Positions 1-9,753 of a stretch of DNA of 64,000 nt are shown in pieces; position 1 is the stretch's first letter, and every line of letters starts with the position of its first letter. The stretch comes from Dehalococcoidia bacterium (lineage in GTDB: Bacteria > Chloroflexota > Dehalococcoidia > UBA2979). Both the position numbers and the translations under genes were made by a program. A model generated the notes under the pieces. The model was not told the origin of the DNA, made no database searches, and saw only the letters and a list, made by a program, of their open reading frames with translations. The stretch spans positions 2,976,001 through 3,040,000 of the forward strand of contig OZ244720.1 in NCBI GenBank assembly GCA_965219085.1, in the 5' to 3' direction.

Positions 1-1
1 G

Positions 2-169
2 GGCAAGCCCGTCGTTGGCGTCGGGATGCGGCGCATGGCGGACGAGATCTCGTCGCGCGTGTTCCGCGAGCACGCCGTCCCCTCCTACGAGACGCCCGAG
101 GAGAGCGCCCGCGCGATGCACGCCCTCGCGCGCTACGCGGCGATCCGGCGCGAGCTCCACGGCGCGTAG
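2..169 (+). CDS. C-terminal fragment of probable acyl-CoA synthetase (ADP-forming)/CoA-binding protein, truncated by window start
   Basis: Frame 2 reads GKPVVGV...VPSYETPEESARAMHALARY..., stop 167-169; typical acetate-CoA ligase alpha C-terminus. Confidence 0.6.
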   Translation, partial: GKPVVGVGMRRMADEISSRVFREHAVPSYETPEESARAMHALARYAAIRRELHGA

Positions 170-310
170 CGCCGCCGCAACGTCCTCGTCTGCGAAACGC
201 CCGTGCCGTCGGCGTATCATCAGCGGCCATGACCGGCCGCAGGCGCCTCGAGGCAACAGCGGGGCGCCGTGACGGCCATTGCAGCCAGCCGCACTGAAGG
301 AGGAGAGACG

Positions 311-1594
311 ATGCCGGGACCGCTCGCCGGGGTGAAAGTCTTCGAGGTGTCGCAGATCGTCGCGGGACCATACTGCGGCTTGAACCTGGTCGACCTTGGC
401 GCCGACGTGATCAAGGTCGAGCCGCCGGGCGGCGAAGGCTCGCGCGCCCAGGGCGCGATCGTGCCGGGTGAGAGCAAGGGCTTCCACGCCCTCAATCGCG
501 GCAAGCGATCGCTCGTCGTCGACCTCCAGCACCCCGACGGGCAGGCGCTCGTGCATCGCGTCATCGCGGGCTTCGACGTGTTCACGATCAACGCCCGGCC
601 GGGGGTGCCGGAACGGCTGCGCGTCGACTACGACACGCTGCGGCAGTTCCGGCCCGACCTCATCCACCTCGAGAACAGCGGATTCGGGAACAGCGGCCCC
701 AGCAAGACGCGATCGGGCTCCGACGCCGTCGCGCAGGCGTACTCGGGGCTCCTCGCCGGCGACGGCAAGGTCGACAGCTTCGGCGCGCCCGAGATCATCT
801 CGGCAACCGCGCCGGCGGACTTCCAGGCCGGGCTCGCCGGCACGATGGCGATCTGCGCCGCGCTCTTCCACCGCGCGATGACCGGCGAGGGTCAGGCGAT
901 CGAGACCTCGCTGCTCATGGCCGGTCTCGCCATGCAGGGCTTCCGCGTCAGCCAGGCGCCCGCGCTCGACGCCTTCACCACCGACATCGCGCTCAAGCGG
1001 ATGTACGAGGTGCGCGAGGCGGGCGGCTCCTACAAGGAGCAGATCGACGCTCGCGGGGGCATCCACGACCAGATGGGTCGCGCGGCCGGCCGCATCTTCT
1101 ACGGCGGCTACGCCGTGAAGGACGGCGGCATCATCCTCGGCGCGCTCACGCCGCGGAACCGCGACCAGATGCGCCGTGTGATCGGCATCGAGGACGACCC
1201 GACCAACACGCCCGACTTCGACTCGAACATCCCGGAGCACCGCAGGCTCGTCGACGTGACGCTCGAGCGCGTGCGCAAGATCATGCTCACCAGGACGATG
1301 GACGAGTGGATCGAGGCGTTCGAGGCCGAGGGCGCTCCCTGCTCCAAGGTCAACTTCCCCGAGGAGATGGCCGACGACCCCCAGGTCGAGGCGATGGGCT
1401 ACATGCTCGATATGGAGCACGAGCTGACCGGCCCCGAGCGCCTCGTCGGCCCGATCGTGAAGATGTCGAAGACGCCGACCGGCTCGGACATCACCTCGCC
1501 ACCACTCGGCAAGCACACCGACGAGGTGCTGCACGAGCACGGCGTGACCGACCCGGAGATCGCCGCGTTGCGGGAGTCGGGAGCGATCGCCTAG
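311..1594 (+). CDS. CoA transferase, CaiB/BaiF family
   Basis: GPLAGVKV, AGPYCG, LGADVIKVEPP, NRGKRS, PPLGKHT motifs; SD GGAGGAG before ATG 311. Confidence 0.93.
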   Translation: MPGPLAGVKVFEVSQIVAGPYCGLNLVDLGADVIKVEPPGGEGSRAQGAIVPGESKGFHALNRGKRSLVVDLQHPDGQALVHRVIAGFDVFTINARPGVPERLRVDYDTLRQFRPDLIHLENSGFGNSGPSKTRSGSDAVAQAYSGLLAGDGKVDSFGAPEIISATAPADFQAGLAGTMAICAALFHRAMTGEGQAIETSLLMAGLAMQGFRVSQAPALDAFTTDIALKRMYEVREAGGSYKEQIDARGGIHDQMGRAAGRIFYGGYAVKDGGIILGALTPRNRDQMRRVIGIEDDPTNTPDFDSNIPEHRRLVDVTLERVRKIMLTRTMDEWIEAFEAEGAPCSKVNFPEEMADDPQVEAMGYMLDMEHELTGPERLVGPIVKMSKTPTGSDITSPPLGKHTDEVLHEHGVTDPEIAALRESGAIA

Positions 1595-1620
1595 CGGCGC
1601 CACACCGACGCCGAGGCCCC

Positions 1621-2154
1621 ATGCGATCCACGACGTGGCTCGCCGTCGTGGCCGCGAGCCTGCTCGTGGCCACGACGGTCGCAGCGGCGGCGTGCGGTGC
1701 GCGCGGGCCCTGCGCCGACATCGAGCTGTCGCCCGAGGCGGCGCGGTCGCTCGCCGAGCTCGATCGCTCCTCGGCGTTCCCGATCATGCGGGCGTGTGCC
1801 TACGAGCCGGAGTTCACAGTCGGTCGTGTGTTCGAGGACCGGCTCCCGGAGCAGGGGCAGCACTTCCCGCGCGTCAACTTCTCGGTGCATCGCGAGGGGG
1901 ATCACGCCTTCGTGTTCAGCCAGACCGAGGCGCGCGTGCCGTTCCGCGCCATCCCGCTCGGCAGCCACTGGCTACGGGTGGACGCGGGCGGGTTGATCGC
2001 CGAGGGCTTCGCGGGGCCGGCGGGCACGGGCGACGACATCGCCTACCTGCGCTGGCGGCACGACGGCGTGACTTTCGAGTTGGCCGCGACGCTCCGCCCG
2101 TGGCTGACGGAGCGCGACGTGCAGGACCTGGCTGCGGGCCTGATGGAGCGCTGA
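1621..2154 (+). CDS. Hypothetical lipoprotein
   Basis: Hydrophobic signal peptide ending AAAC; genome-typical codon usage. Confidence 0.65.
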   Translation: MRSTTWLAVVAASLLVATTVAAAACGARGPCADIELSPEAARSLAELDRSSAFPIMRACAYEPEFTVGRVFEDRLPEQGQHFPRVNFSVHREGDHAFVFSQTEARVPFRAIPLGSHWLRVDAGGLIAEGFAGPAGTGDDIAYLRWRHDGVTFELAATLRPWLTERDVQDLAAGLMER

Positions 2155-2182
2155 CCGGCGCCGGCGGTGGGGGCGTCGAGGG

Positions 2183-2644
2183 CTACTCGATGCCGGCCTC
2201 GCGCTGTTGCTCGCGGATGAACCCGATGATCGCGAGCACTTGTTGCTGGGTCAGCCCCTCGACCGGGGCCATGTTGCCGAAGTTCCAGTGGTGCGCCCGC
2301 ACACCGCGCTCGATGGCGAACATAAAGCTGATGTCGGCGTGGTGGCCGGGCGCGTAGATGCGGTCGAGGAACGTCGGGCCGTTGTTGGTGCCCTCGAGCG
2401 CCTGACCGTGGCACACCGCGCACGCCTGCCCGTAAAGCGCGCGGCCGTCGACGCCGCTGAACCGCGACTCGGGCGTGGACGTTGGCGTCGGCGTCGGCGT
2501 CTCGACGGTTGGGGTGGGTGTCGCGGTCGAGGAGGGGGTGTCGGCGTCGTCGCCGGGACATGCGGTAGCCAGGAACAGCACGACGGCGGCGAGGGCCGCG
2601 ACTCCGGCGGGTGCGATGCGTCTGGGCTGCCAGTTGAGCGGCAC
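2183..2644 (-). CDS. Monoheme cytochrome c lipoprotein
   Basis: Lipobox LATAC, Thr/Pro linker, CAVCH heme motif, HHWNFGNM with distal Met; GTG start inferred. Confidence 0.85.
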   Translation of the reverse strand: MPLNWQPRRIAPAGVAALAAVVLFLATACPGDDADTPSSTATPTPTVETPTPTPTSTPESRFSGVDGRALYGQACAVCHGQALEGTNNGPTFLDRIYAPGHHADISFMFAIERGVRAHHWNFGNMAPVEGLTQQQVLAIIGFIREQQREAGIE

Positions 2645-2655
2645 GGCGGCGGCCT

Positions 2656-2850
2656 CTACTGCTGGACGGGCTCCTCGTCGCGTTCGAGGACCTGGCGACC
2701 GTTGTAGGTGCCGCAGACGGGGCAGGGCACGTGGTTGACGTGCGCGGCGCGGCACGTGGTGCAGCGCACGAGCTGTGGCACGGCGACGCGGTGATGGCCG
2801 CGGCGCGAGCGCTGCTTCGCCTTGGGGGTTCTACGCTTCGGTACCGCCAT
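2656..2850 (-). CDS. rpmF: 50S ribosomal protein L32 (Zn-ribbon form)
   Basis: MAVPKRRTPKAK...CTTC...CPVCGTYNGRQV; follows yceD. Confidence 0.97.
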   Translation of the reverse strand: MAVPKRRTPKAKQRSRRGHHRVAVPQLVRCTTCRAAHVNHVPCPVCGTYNGRQVLERDEEPVQQ

Positions 2851-3394
2851 CGCTCTCCTCCGGCCCCACATCCCCGCCGGCGAGCTGTTCGCCGAGTCCG
2901 GCGAGGGCTGCAAACGGCCCGGATGCCGCCCCATCGTCGCAATCGCAGCGCTGTTCGTTGCGATTGGTCCCGCACTGCGGGCAGAGCCCGGCGCAGCCCG
3001 TTCGGCAGATCGGCTGCAGCGGGATCGCGGCTTGTTCATACTGCCGCACGGCCTCGCTGAGATCGAGCAAGTGCCGCTCGTCGATGCGCAGCTCGTCCTC
3101 GCCCGCCTCGACGCGCTCCCCCGTCAACAGGTCGACGAGCGGCACGAACTCCTCCTCGATCGTGAGCTCGAGCTCGTTCGCGAAGTGGTCGAGGCAGCGC
3201 GCGCATTCGAGGACGGGCGAGCACCGCACGGTCGCCTGCACGAGGACACCCCGCGTGGTGCGCAGCATCGCGACGTTGCCGCTGACCTCGGCGCTCCACT
3301 GGTCGGCGGGCGACGCCATCGGCTCGGCGTCGAGCCGCGCCCGCCTGCGGCTGCCGACGGGTTCCTGCAGCAATGTCGCAACGTTGAAGCTCAC
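2831..3394 (-). CDS. yceD: DUF177/YceD family protein
   Basis: ECARCL, PICRTGCAGLCPQCG; SD GGAGG before GTG 3394; synteny with rpmF. Confidence 0.92.
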   Translation of the reverse strand: MSFNVATLLQEPVGSRRRARLDAEPMASPADQWSAEVSGNVAMLRTTRGVLVQATVRCSPVLECARCLDHFANELELTIEEEFVPLVDLLTGERVEAGEDELRIDERHLLDLSEAVRQYEQAAIPLQPICRTGCAGLCPQCGTNRNEQRCDCDDGAASGPFAALAGLGEQLAGGDVGPEESDGGTEA

Positions 3395-3482
3395 GGGATC
3401 CTCCGAGCGAGGTTCGATCGTATCACCGGGCGGCCGCTGTATCTTGACCTCGACGGGGCGGGAGGCGCTCAGCAGGACAGTC

Positions 3483-4696
3483 GTGAACAAGTCGGGTGGG
3501 TCCCGCGTGCGGGCAAGCACGGTCATTCGGGCCGGACGGCAGCTCGTTCCCTGCTCCTGGTGAGTCTCGTCCTCGCCTGCACCTCAGACGACGAACCACC
3601 GCGCGCCGTCAGCTTCTATGCCGAAGTCGCAGTCGAGGTCGAACTGTCGCGCGACGACCCGCTCGTTCGCTACGGCCGCGACGAGAATCGGGCCATCGTC
3701 CGCTGGTGGTACGCCACGGATCCTGTGCGCTGGCGCTGGGAGATTGAGGGCATCGATGGCACTATCGACGACGGCATGGCGGTCACGGTCTTCGATGGCA
3801 CGGATTCCTGGGCATACGACGATCGACCGAACACGTTCCAGCGCGGCGTCATCTCCGCTGCTCCGGGGACGATGGTGCTCTCCCCCGTCTTCAGCATGCC
3901 GGTCGGCCCCGCGAACGCTGAGACGATCGACGGGTTCATTGGGCACTGGCGCGAGGGTGCAGGCATCCCCGAGGTCACACGCGCCGGTGAGGCCACGCTC
4001 CTGGGCCGCCGAACGCAGATCGTCGAACTCCGCCCCTCGTCGGGGGACACTATCCGCGCCTTTATCGACCCGGAGCGCATGTTCATCATGCGCTGGGCCG
4101 TCGATGGTGGAGATGGGCGACAGTCTTTCCATGCCGAGGTCACGACGCTCGACTACGACACCGAAATCGATGCCGCGCGATTCACCTTCGACCCGCCTTC
4201 CGGCGCCCGCGAAACGGAAGCTCGCGCCGCCCAGTCGTGCAGTGGCGGCAGCTCCGTTGGTGGGACCGCCTTCCCCGCCGCGCCGGGCTTCCTCAGACCC
4301 TCGTACGCGCCACCCGGCTACCGCTCCACCAGCGCCGGCTCCGCGGCCAGCGCCTACGGTGGCTGTGGCCCCGTCGCCGTCTGGGCGCGACTCGAATCCC
4401 CTGGCGGGGGCTACATAGTCCTCCGCCAGCGCCTCCGGGCCAGCGGCATCCCCGAGTCGGCCCGCTCCTGGCAAGCCGTCGACTCCGGCCTCGACGATGC
4501 CTATCGTCGCTCAGAGAACGGCGTCCTCAGCCTGCTCTGGCGCAATGGCAACGTCGTCGCGCTCCTCGAGACCGACTCCGTCTCCTCCGAAGAACTCCTC
4601 CGCGTCGCCGAGTCCTCGGAACTCGTGCCCGTGACCCGGCGGTGGCGCACGAGCGCCTCGAGCGTGCTGGATCGCGCCACCGAAGCCACCGTCTGA
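3483..4696 (+). CDS. LolA/RseB-like lipoprotein, apparent 1-nt frameshift near 3550
   Basis: VFDGTDSWAYD, LLGRRTQIV, FIDPE, RFTFDPPSGA motifs; GTG 3483 gives a full signal peptide ending LVLAC if one C is added at CCC 3549-3551. Confidence 0.6.
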
Positions 4697-4776
4697 CCGC
4701 CCGCGGGCGGTTTGGCGCGCGCGGTGCGATCATGGGGCCTCTACGCAACGACACGCGCCCGCGAGGAGCCACGCAC

Positions 4777-5694
4777 ATGTTCGACCGCATCCACCACGCC
4801 GGACTCGCCGTCGCCGACCTGGCCGCCGCGAAGCAACTCTTTGCCGACGGCCTCGGCCTCATCGTCGATACGACGCGCTCGCCGCTGCCGGACGGCAACA
4901 AGCAGCGCGGCGCCGACCCGACGGACATCCTCGATATCCCGATCGGCAACGCGGAGCTGGAGCTGAATGCGCCGCCGACCGACGGCACGCCGGTCGGCGG
5001 GACCCATCGCTTCATCGAGCAGCGTGGCGGGGTGGGCGCGCTGCACCACATCTGCGTGCACGCGTCCGACACCCCGAACGACATCGCCCACCTGCGCGCA
5101 GCCGGGCTGCGGCTCATCGGCGCGACCGAGGAGCAACTCGAGTCCGACGAGCCGTGGACGAGCGTGGCCTTCTTCCACCCTCGTGACAGCGAGGGCGTCC
5201 TGCTGGAGATCTGGCCGGCCGACAACCACCGCGTCGGCGACCGCTACCAGGGCGAGGGCGTGTTCACGCGCCTCAGCCACATCGGCGTGGTGACGGACGA
5301 CCTCGACCGCTCGCGGCGCTTCTGGACGAACGTGATGGGCCTGCAGGTCGACACGCTGCGCACGCCGATCACGAAGGGCGGGCGGCTCATCGCGGACGAG
5401 GACGTGCGGGTGCTGGCGATGCCCGTCGGCAGCACCGAGGGGCACGACATTGTCGCGGTGCTGCCGCAATCGAGTGGGGGGAGCGGCACGGCGCGCTTCC
5501 TCGAACGCTACGGCGGCAGCGCCCACGGCACGATGCACCACCTCGGCATCGCGGCCCCCGACGTGAAGGCAGCGGCCGACTTCGTGCGGGACCGGGGGCT
5601 GGAGCTGGTGGCGCCGGCGACCGACGAGTTCGCGTGGATCCACCCGCGCAGCGCCGGCGGCATGCTCATCCAGATCGTCCAGGACACGCAGTAG
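4777..5694 (+). CDS. Two-domain VOC family protein (methylmalonyl-CoA epimerase-like)
   Basis: Two repeats: HHAGLAV/SHIGVV, LHHICV/MHHLGI, FFHPRDSEGVLLE/WIHPRSAGGMLIQ; SD GAGGAG. Confidence 0.85.
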   Translation: MFDRIHHAGLAVADLAAAKQLFADGLGLIVDTTRSPLPDGNKQRGADPTDILDIPIGNAELELNAPPTDGTPVGGTHRFIEQRGGVGALHHICVHASDTPNDIAHLRAAGLRLIGATEEQLESDEPWTSVAFFHPRDSEGVLLEIWPADNHRVGDRYQGEGVFTRLSHIGVVTDDLDRSRRFWTNVMGLQVDTLRTPITKGGRLIADEDVRVLAMPVGSTEGHDIVAVLPQSSGGSGTARFLERYGGSAHGTMHHLGIAAPDVKAAADFVRDRGLELVAPATDEFAWIHPRSAGGMLIQIVQDTQ

Positions 5695-5842
5695 GACGCT
5701 CGAGGCCGTCGAGGGATCGCGCCGGATGCTCGTGGACGCCTTGAGGGCGGCAAGATGGACTGCGGCCCACTGGATTTCCTTCGTGCGCGGACTCCTCAAG
5801 CGGTCCGCGCGACCGGTGAACTCCGATCCCAGAGAGAAGGTG

Positions 5843-6565
5843 ATGAGTGCTGAGGAAACGAAACGAAGGACCGAGCTCGCATACTTCTGCTTGAGCCGCG
5901 CTCGTAAGGCACTACGAGATGCCAATAGTCTCAGGATCTCCGGCGACACGATTCCTGACGCAGCGATGTCGGAAGGGTCGAGCCTGACCGAGGACTTCGC
6001 GGTCGCGCTGCAGCATGTGTATCAATCCTGCAAGTTCCTCAACGGTGGATGGCCGTCATGGTCCACGAAAGGCGTACGTGCTGCCGCGAATGACTTCATG
6101 AACGCTTGGCAGGGAGCACATGGTACCGACCTCCGGGATGCCTACTCACACTATGAGGAGGCGATATTCAGCCCCGAACACAGGCGCAGGAACGACACTA
6201 TCGACGAGAGCGTCGTGTGGCACAAACTGGAGTACCCGAGGAACGAGGAGACCGGAGAACTTGCACTAGTCCCATCAACTGTGACCCTCCTTGGGAGGGA
6301 CTACCATCTGGAAGGGATTTATGAACCCCTCGAAAGAGTTGAACGGGAGTTCCGAGAGGCACTGGTACCACTCGCGGCTGAAGTCACAAGTGCGGATACG
6401 AATCCAGAGTTCCGGTGGCCACTTCGCCTCCTTGTTCACGATGACGCGCAGAACTTGGTCTTAGTTCAAGACCATAGCCACTTAGGCGGCGGCATCGACC
6501 AAGAGCGTTGGGAGGCAATGCATGCTGCCCGCGCGACTGCGGAACACGAGAAGGCGGATGGCTAG
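5843..6565 (+). CDS. Hypothetical protein, lower GC, HEPN-like Rx4H motif
   Basis: A/T-richer codons; LRDAYSH motif; start could be 5726, 5840 or 5843. Confidence 0.6.
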   Translation: MSAEETKRRTELAYFCLSRARKALRDANSLRISGDTIPDAAMSEGSSLTEDFAVALQHVYQSCKFLNGGWPSWSTKGVRAAANDFMNAWQGAHGTDLRDAYSHYEEAIFSPEHRRRNDTIDESVVWHKLEYPRNEETGELALVPSTVTLLGRDYHLEGIYEPLERVEREFREALVPLAAEVTSADTNPEFRWPLRLLVHDDAQNLVLVQDHSHLGGGIDQERWEAMHAARATAEHEKADG

Positions 6566-6604
6566 GCCCCGCGCTGTAAGCGGCAGCCTTTTGGCGTGCG
6601 TCTA

Positions 6605-7399
6605 ATGCGCAAAGACCCCCTCGGCAGGCTGCTCCGCGCGGCGGGCGTCCTCGCCTTCGGCGCGGTGCTGCTCGCAACGGCACCGGGGTGCGGTGGGGAC
6701 GACGACGCGATCGAGGTCGCCGCCGCCTCGTCGATGAGGCACGTGCTGCCGCGCATCGTCGAGGAGTTCCTGCGCGCACATCCCGACCTCGACGTGAGCT
6801 TCAGCCTGCGCTTCAACGGATCGCAGGTGCTGGCGACCCAGATCACCGAGGGCGCCAGCGCCGACCTGTTCATCTCGGCGAACGCGGTACAGGCCGAGCG
6901 CCTCGTCGACGAGGGTCTGGGCAGCCTGCCGACGGTGGTGACGGCGAATCGCCTCGTCATCGCGGTCGCCGAGGACTCGCCGTGGTACGGCGTGACCGAC
7001 CTCGCCGCGGGGGGCGCGCGCATCGCCATCGGCTCGCCCTCGGTGCCCGTGGGGCGGCTCACCGTGATCGCGCTGTCCCAGCTCGACCCACCGCTCGCGC
7101 GGGCGTTGCTCGCCGGCGTGGTGACCGAGGACCCGAGCGTGCGGGTGGTGCTGTCGCGACTGGAACTCGGCGAGGCGGACGCGGCGTTCGTGTACCACTC
7201 GGATGTCGCGCTGACACGCGGCGTGCGCGCGCTGGCGCTGCCACCGACGGTGCCGCCGAACGAGTACGTGGCGGTGCTCATGGACGACGCGAAGCCGGGG
7301 ACCGAGGAGTTCTTCGCGTTCCTGCTGACGCCCGAGGCGCAGAACCTGTTCCGCGCTGCGGGCTTCCTGCGCGCGGTCGCGGGCGTGCACGCCCGGTGA
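6605..7399 (+). CDS. modA: Molybdate ABC transporter substrate-binding lipoprotein
   Basis: AAASS, GSQVLATQI, ADLFISAN, VPVG, ADAAFVYHSD. Confidence 0.93.
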   Translation: MRKDPLGRLLRAAGVLAFGAVLLATAPGCGGDDDAIEVAAASSMRHVLPRIVEEFLRAHPDLDVSFSLRFNGSQVLATQITEGASADLFISANAVQAERLVDEGLGSLPTVVTANRLVIAVAEDSPWYGVTDLAAGGARIAIGSPSVPVGRLTVIALSQLDPPLARALLAGVVTEDPSVRVVLSRLELGEADAAFVYHSDVALTRGVRALALPPTVPPNEYVAVLMDDAKPGTEEFFAFLLTPEAQNLFRAAGFLRAVAGVHAR

Positions 7400-8202
7400 G
7401 CGTGCGGGCCTCAGCGGGGCGCGCCGCGCTGGCGGCGGCAGCCGCCGTGCTGCTGCTGTTCCTCGCGCTACCGCTCGTGGGCATCGCGTGGCGCGCGGTC
7501 ACCGACGGCGACGTTGCGACGGAGCTGGGATCGGGCGCGACGTGGGAGGCGCTGCGGCTGTCGGTCGCGACCTCGACGCTTACGCTGGCGCTGGCGGTGC
7601 TGCTCGGCACGCCGCTCGCGTACCTGCTGGCGCGCAGCCGCTCGCCGGCGGCGCGAGTCGTGACCTCGCTCCTCGACCTGCCGCTGGTGTTGCCGCCGAC
7701 GGTGGCGGGCATCGCGCTGCTCACGGCGTTCGGGCGAGCGGGCTACCTCGGTGACGCGCTCGAAGGGATCGGGCTGACGGTGTCGTTCACCACGGCCGCG
7801 GTGGTGCTGGCGCAGCTCTTCGTCTCGGCGCCGTTCTTCGTGCGCGCGGCGTACGCGGGGTTCGCGAGCATGGACCCGCACCTCGAGGGCGTCGCGTACA
7901 CGCTTGGCCTGTCGCGCTGGCGCACGTTCCGCAGCGTGACGCTGCCGCTGGTGTGGCCGGCGCTGGCGGGCGGCGCGGTGCTGTGCTGGGCGCGCGCGCT
8001 CGGCGAACTGGGCGCGACGTTGCTGTTCGCGGGGTCGCTGCCCGGCAAGACACAGACGATGCCCCTCGCGATCCTCGCCGCGTTCGAGTCGGAGGCCGGG
8101 CTGGCCGGCGCGGTCTCGCTGTCGGTCGTGCTGCTGGGGTTCGCGTCGGTGCTGCTGGTCGCGCTCCACCGGCTGACCGCGACAGCGGGGCCCTACCGAT
8201 GA
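7396..8202 (+). CDS. modB: Molybdate ABC transporter permease
   Basis: LPLVLPPTVAG, WARALGELGAT, GKTQTMPL; GTGA overlap with modA. Confidence 0.93.
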   Translation: MSVRASAGRAALAAAAAVLLLFLALPLVGIAWRAVTDGDVATELGSGATWEALRLSVATSTLTLALAVLLGTPLAYLLARSRSPAARVVTSLLDLPLVLPPTVAGIALLTAFGRAGYLGDALEGIGLTVSFTTAAVVLAQLFVSAPFFVRAAYAGFASMDPHLEGVAYTLGLSRWRTFRSVTLPLVWPALAGGAVLCWARALGELGATLLFAGSLPGKTQTMPLAILAAFESEAGLAGAVSLSVVLLGFASVLLVALHRLTATAGPYR

Positions 8203-9257
8203 CGCTGACGGCCGCGTTCAGCGCCCTCGTGGGCGATTTCCGCCTCGATGTCGACTTCGAGGCGGCGAACGAGCTCGTCGTGCTCTACGGGCGCTCGGGC
8301 TCGGGGAAGAGCCTGACGTTGCGCGCCATCGCGGGGCTGGTGCAGCCGGACGCCGGCCGCATCGATATCGGCGGGCGCGCGGTGTTCGATGCTGACGAGG
8401 GCGTCGAGCTCCCACCTCAGCAGCGCCGCGTCGGCTACGTGATTCAGGAGCTCGGGCTGTTCCCGCACCTGAGCGCGCGCGACAACGTGCTGATCGGCCT
8501 CGAGCGCGACGCGGAGGCGCCGGCGCGCTATGAAGCGCTACGCGCGCTGCTCTCGATCGAGGGGCTCGACGACCGGCGGCCGCACCAGCTCTCGGGCGGG
8601 CAGCAGCAGCGCGTGGCGCTGGCGCGCGCGCTCGTGCGGCGCTCGGAGGTGCTGCTGCTCGACGAGCCGTTCTCGGCGCTCGATGAGGCGCTGCGGTCCG
8701 ACCTGCGCGCCGAGCTGCTGCGGCTGCGGCGAGAGCTCGAGCTGCCGATCGTGTTCGTCACGCACGACCTGCGCGAGGCGCACCTGCTCGCCGACCGCAT
8801 CGTGGTCATTGACGGCGGGAGGGTGTTGCAGTTCGCGCCGCGCGACGAGGTGTTCCAGCACCCGTCGTCGCGGCGGGTGGCGGAACTGACGGGCATCGCG
8901 AACATCTTCACCGGCGAGGTGCGCGACGGCCGCGTCGAGGTCGCCGGGCTGCCGCTGCGCGCCGACGACGGCCGGGACAGCGAGGGTGGGACTGTCGACC
9001 TCGCGATCCGGGCGGAACGCTGCATCCTGCGCCGCGTCGACCCCGACGGCGCGCTGCCGGAGAACTGCTTCGTCGCGCGCGTCACCACCGACCTCGCGTT
9101 CGGCAACACCCACACGCTGCACCTCGAACCGGAGGGCGCCGGCCCACCGATCGAGGTGGAGGTGGCGTCGCGGCCGTACGAGGTGCTGGGGATCGCGCAC
9201 GAGCCGCGGTGGGTGGTGGAGTTGCCGGCGGCGGATCTGCACGTGATGCCTCGGTAG
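8199..9257 (+). CDS. modC: Molybdate ABC transporter ATP-binding protein
   Basis: GRSGSGKS, LSGGQQQR, LLLDEPFS; ATGA overlap with modB. Confidence 0.9.
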   Translation: MTLTAAFSALVGDFRLDVDFEAANELVVLYGRSGSGKSLTLRAIAGLVQPDAGRIDIGGRAVFDADEGVELPPQQRRVGYVIQELGLFPHLSARDNVLIGLERDAEAPARYEALRALLSIEGLDDRRPHQLSGGQQQRVALARALVRRSEVLLLDEPFSALDEALRSDLRAELLRLRRELELPIVFVTHDLREAHLLADRIVVIDGGRVLQFAPRDEVFQHPSSRRVAELTGIANIFTGEVRDGRVEVAGLPLRADDGRDSEGGTVDLAIRAERCILRRVDPDGALPENCFVARVTTDLAFGNTHTLHLEPEGAGPPIEVEVASRPYEVLGIAHEPRWVVELPAADLHVMPR

Positions 9258-9300
9258 CGACGTGCGAGGCAACGACGGACGGCCCGAGTAGTACGATCGA

Positions 9301-9690
9301 TGCGGGTCAGGGGGCTGGACGGCCGCCGGCGGGTGAGCCCTCGGGCTGCTCGCGGGAGGAAAGTCCGAACTCCACCGGACAGGGTGCCGGCTAACGGCCG
9401 GGCGGCGCGAGCCGACGGAAAGTGCCACAGAAACAAACCGCCACCGCGGGGCCTTCGGGCGACGCGGGGGTAAGGGTGAAATGGTGCGGTAAGAGCGCAC
9501 CGGCGTCCCGGAGACGGGGCGGCCGGGCAAACCCCACCCGGAGCAAGGCCAAATAGGGGAGCGGTTGGGGCGTCCGGCTCCGCTCCCGGGTAGGCCGCTG
9601 GAGGCGGCGGGCAACCGCCGCCCTAGATGGATGGCCGTCACCGCCCCGAGGGGCGGTACAGAATTCGGCTTACAGGCCCCCTGACCCGCA
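9301..9690 (+). ncRNA. rnpB: RNase P RNA, bacterial type A
   Basis: GAGGAAAGTCCG, AGTGCCACAGAAA, GGTAAGAGC, GGCAAACCCC, GAGCAAGGCCAAATAGG, ACAGAATTCGGCTTA; P1 TGCGGGTCAGGGGG/CCCCCTGACCCGCA; P6 CCGGAC/GTCCGG; -10 TACGAT upstream. Confidence 0.97.
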
Positions 9691-9718
9691 AGGCGTGTGG
9701 TACACTCCCCCCAGTGGA

Positions 9719-9732
9719 TGGTACAGGTACCA
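9719..9732. promoter_or_regulatory. Palindrome TGGTAC-AG-GTACCA, candidate operator of the downstream TA pair
   Basis: Inverted repeat between -10-like TACACT (9701-9706) and ATG 9754. Confidence 0.4.
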
Positions 9733-9753
9733 GTGGCCGGTGGGAGCATACGT

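Noticed and set aside
2476-2540. Short tandem repeats (GGCGTC)n
   Set aside because: Encode the Thr-Pro linker of the cytochrome c
6566-6604. Moco riboswitch before modA
   Set aside because: Spacer only about 40 nt
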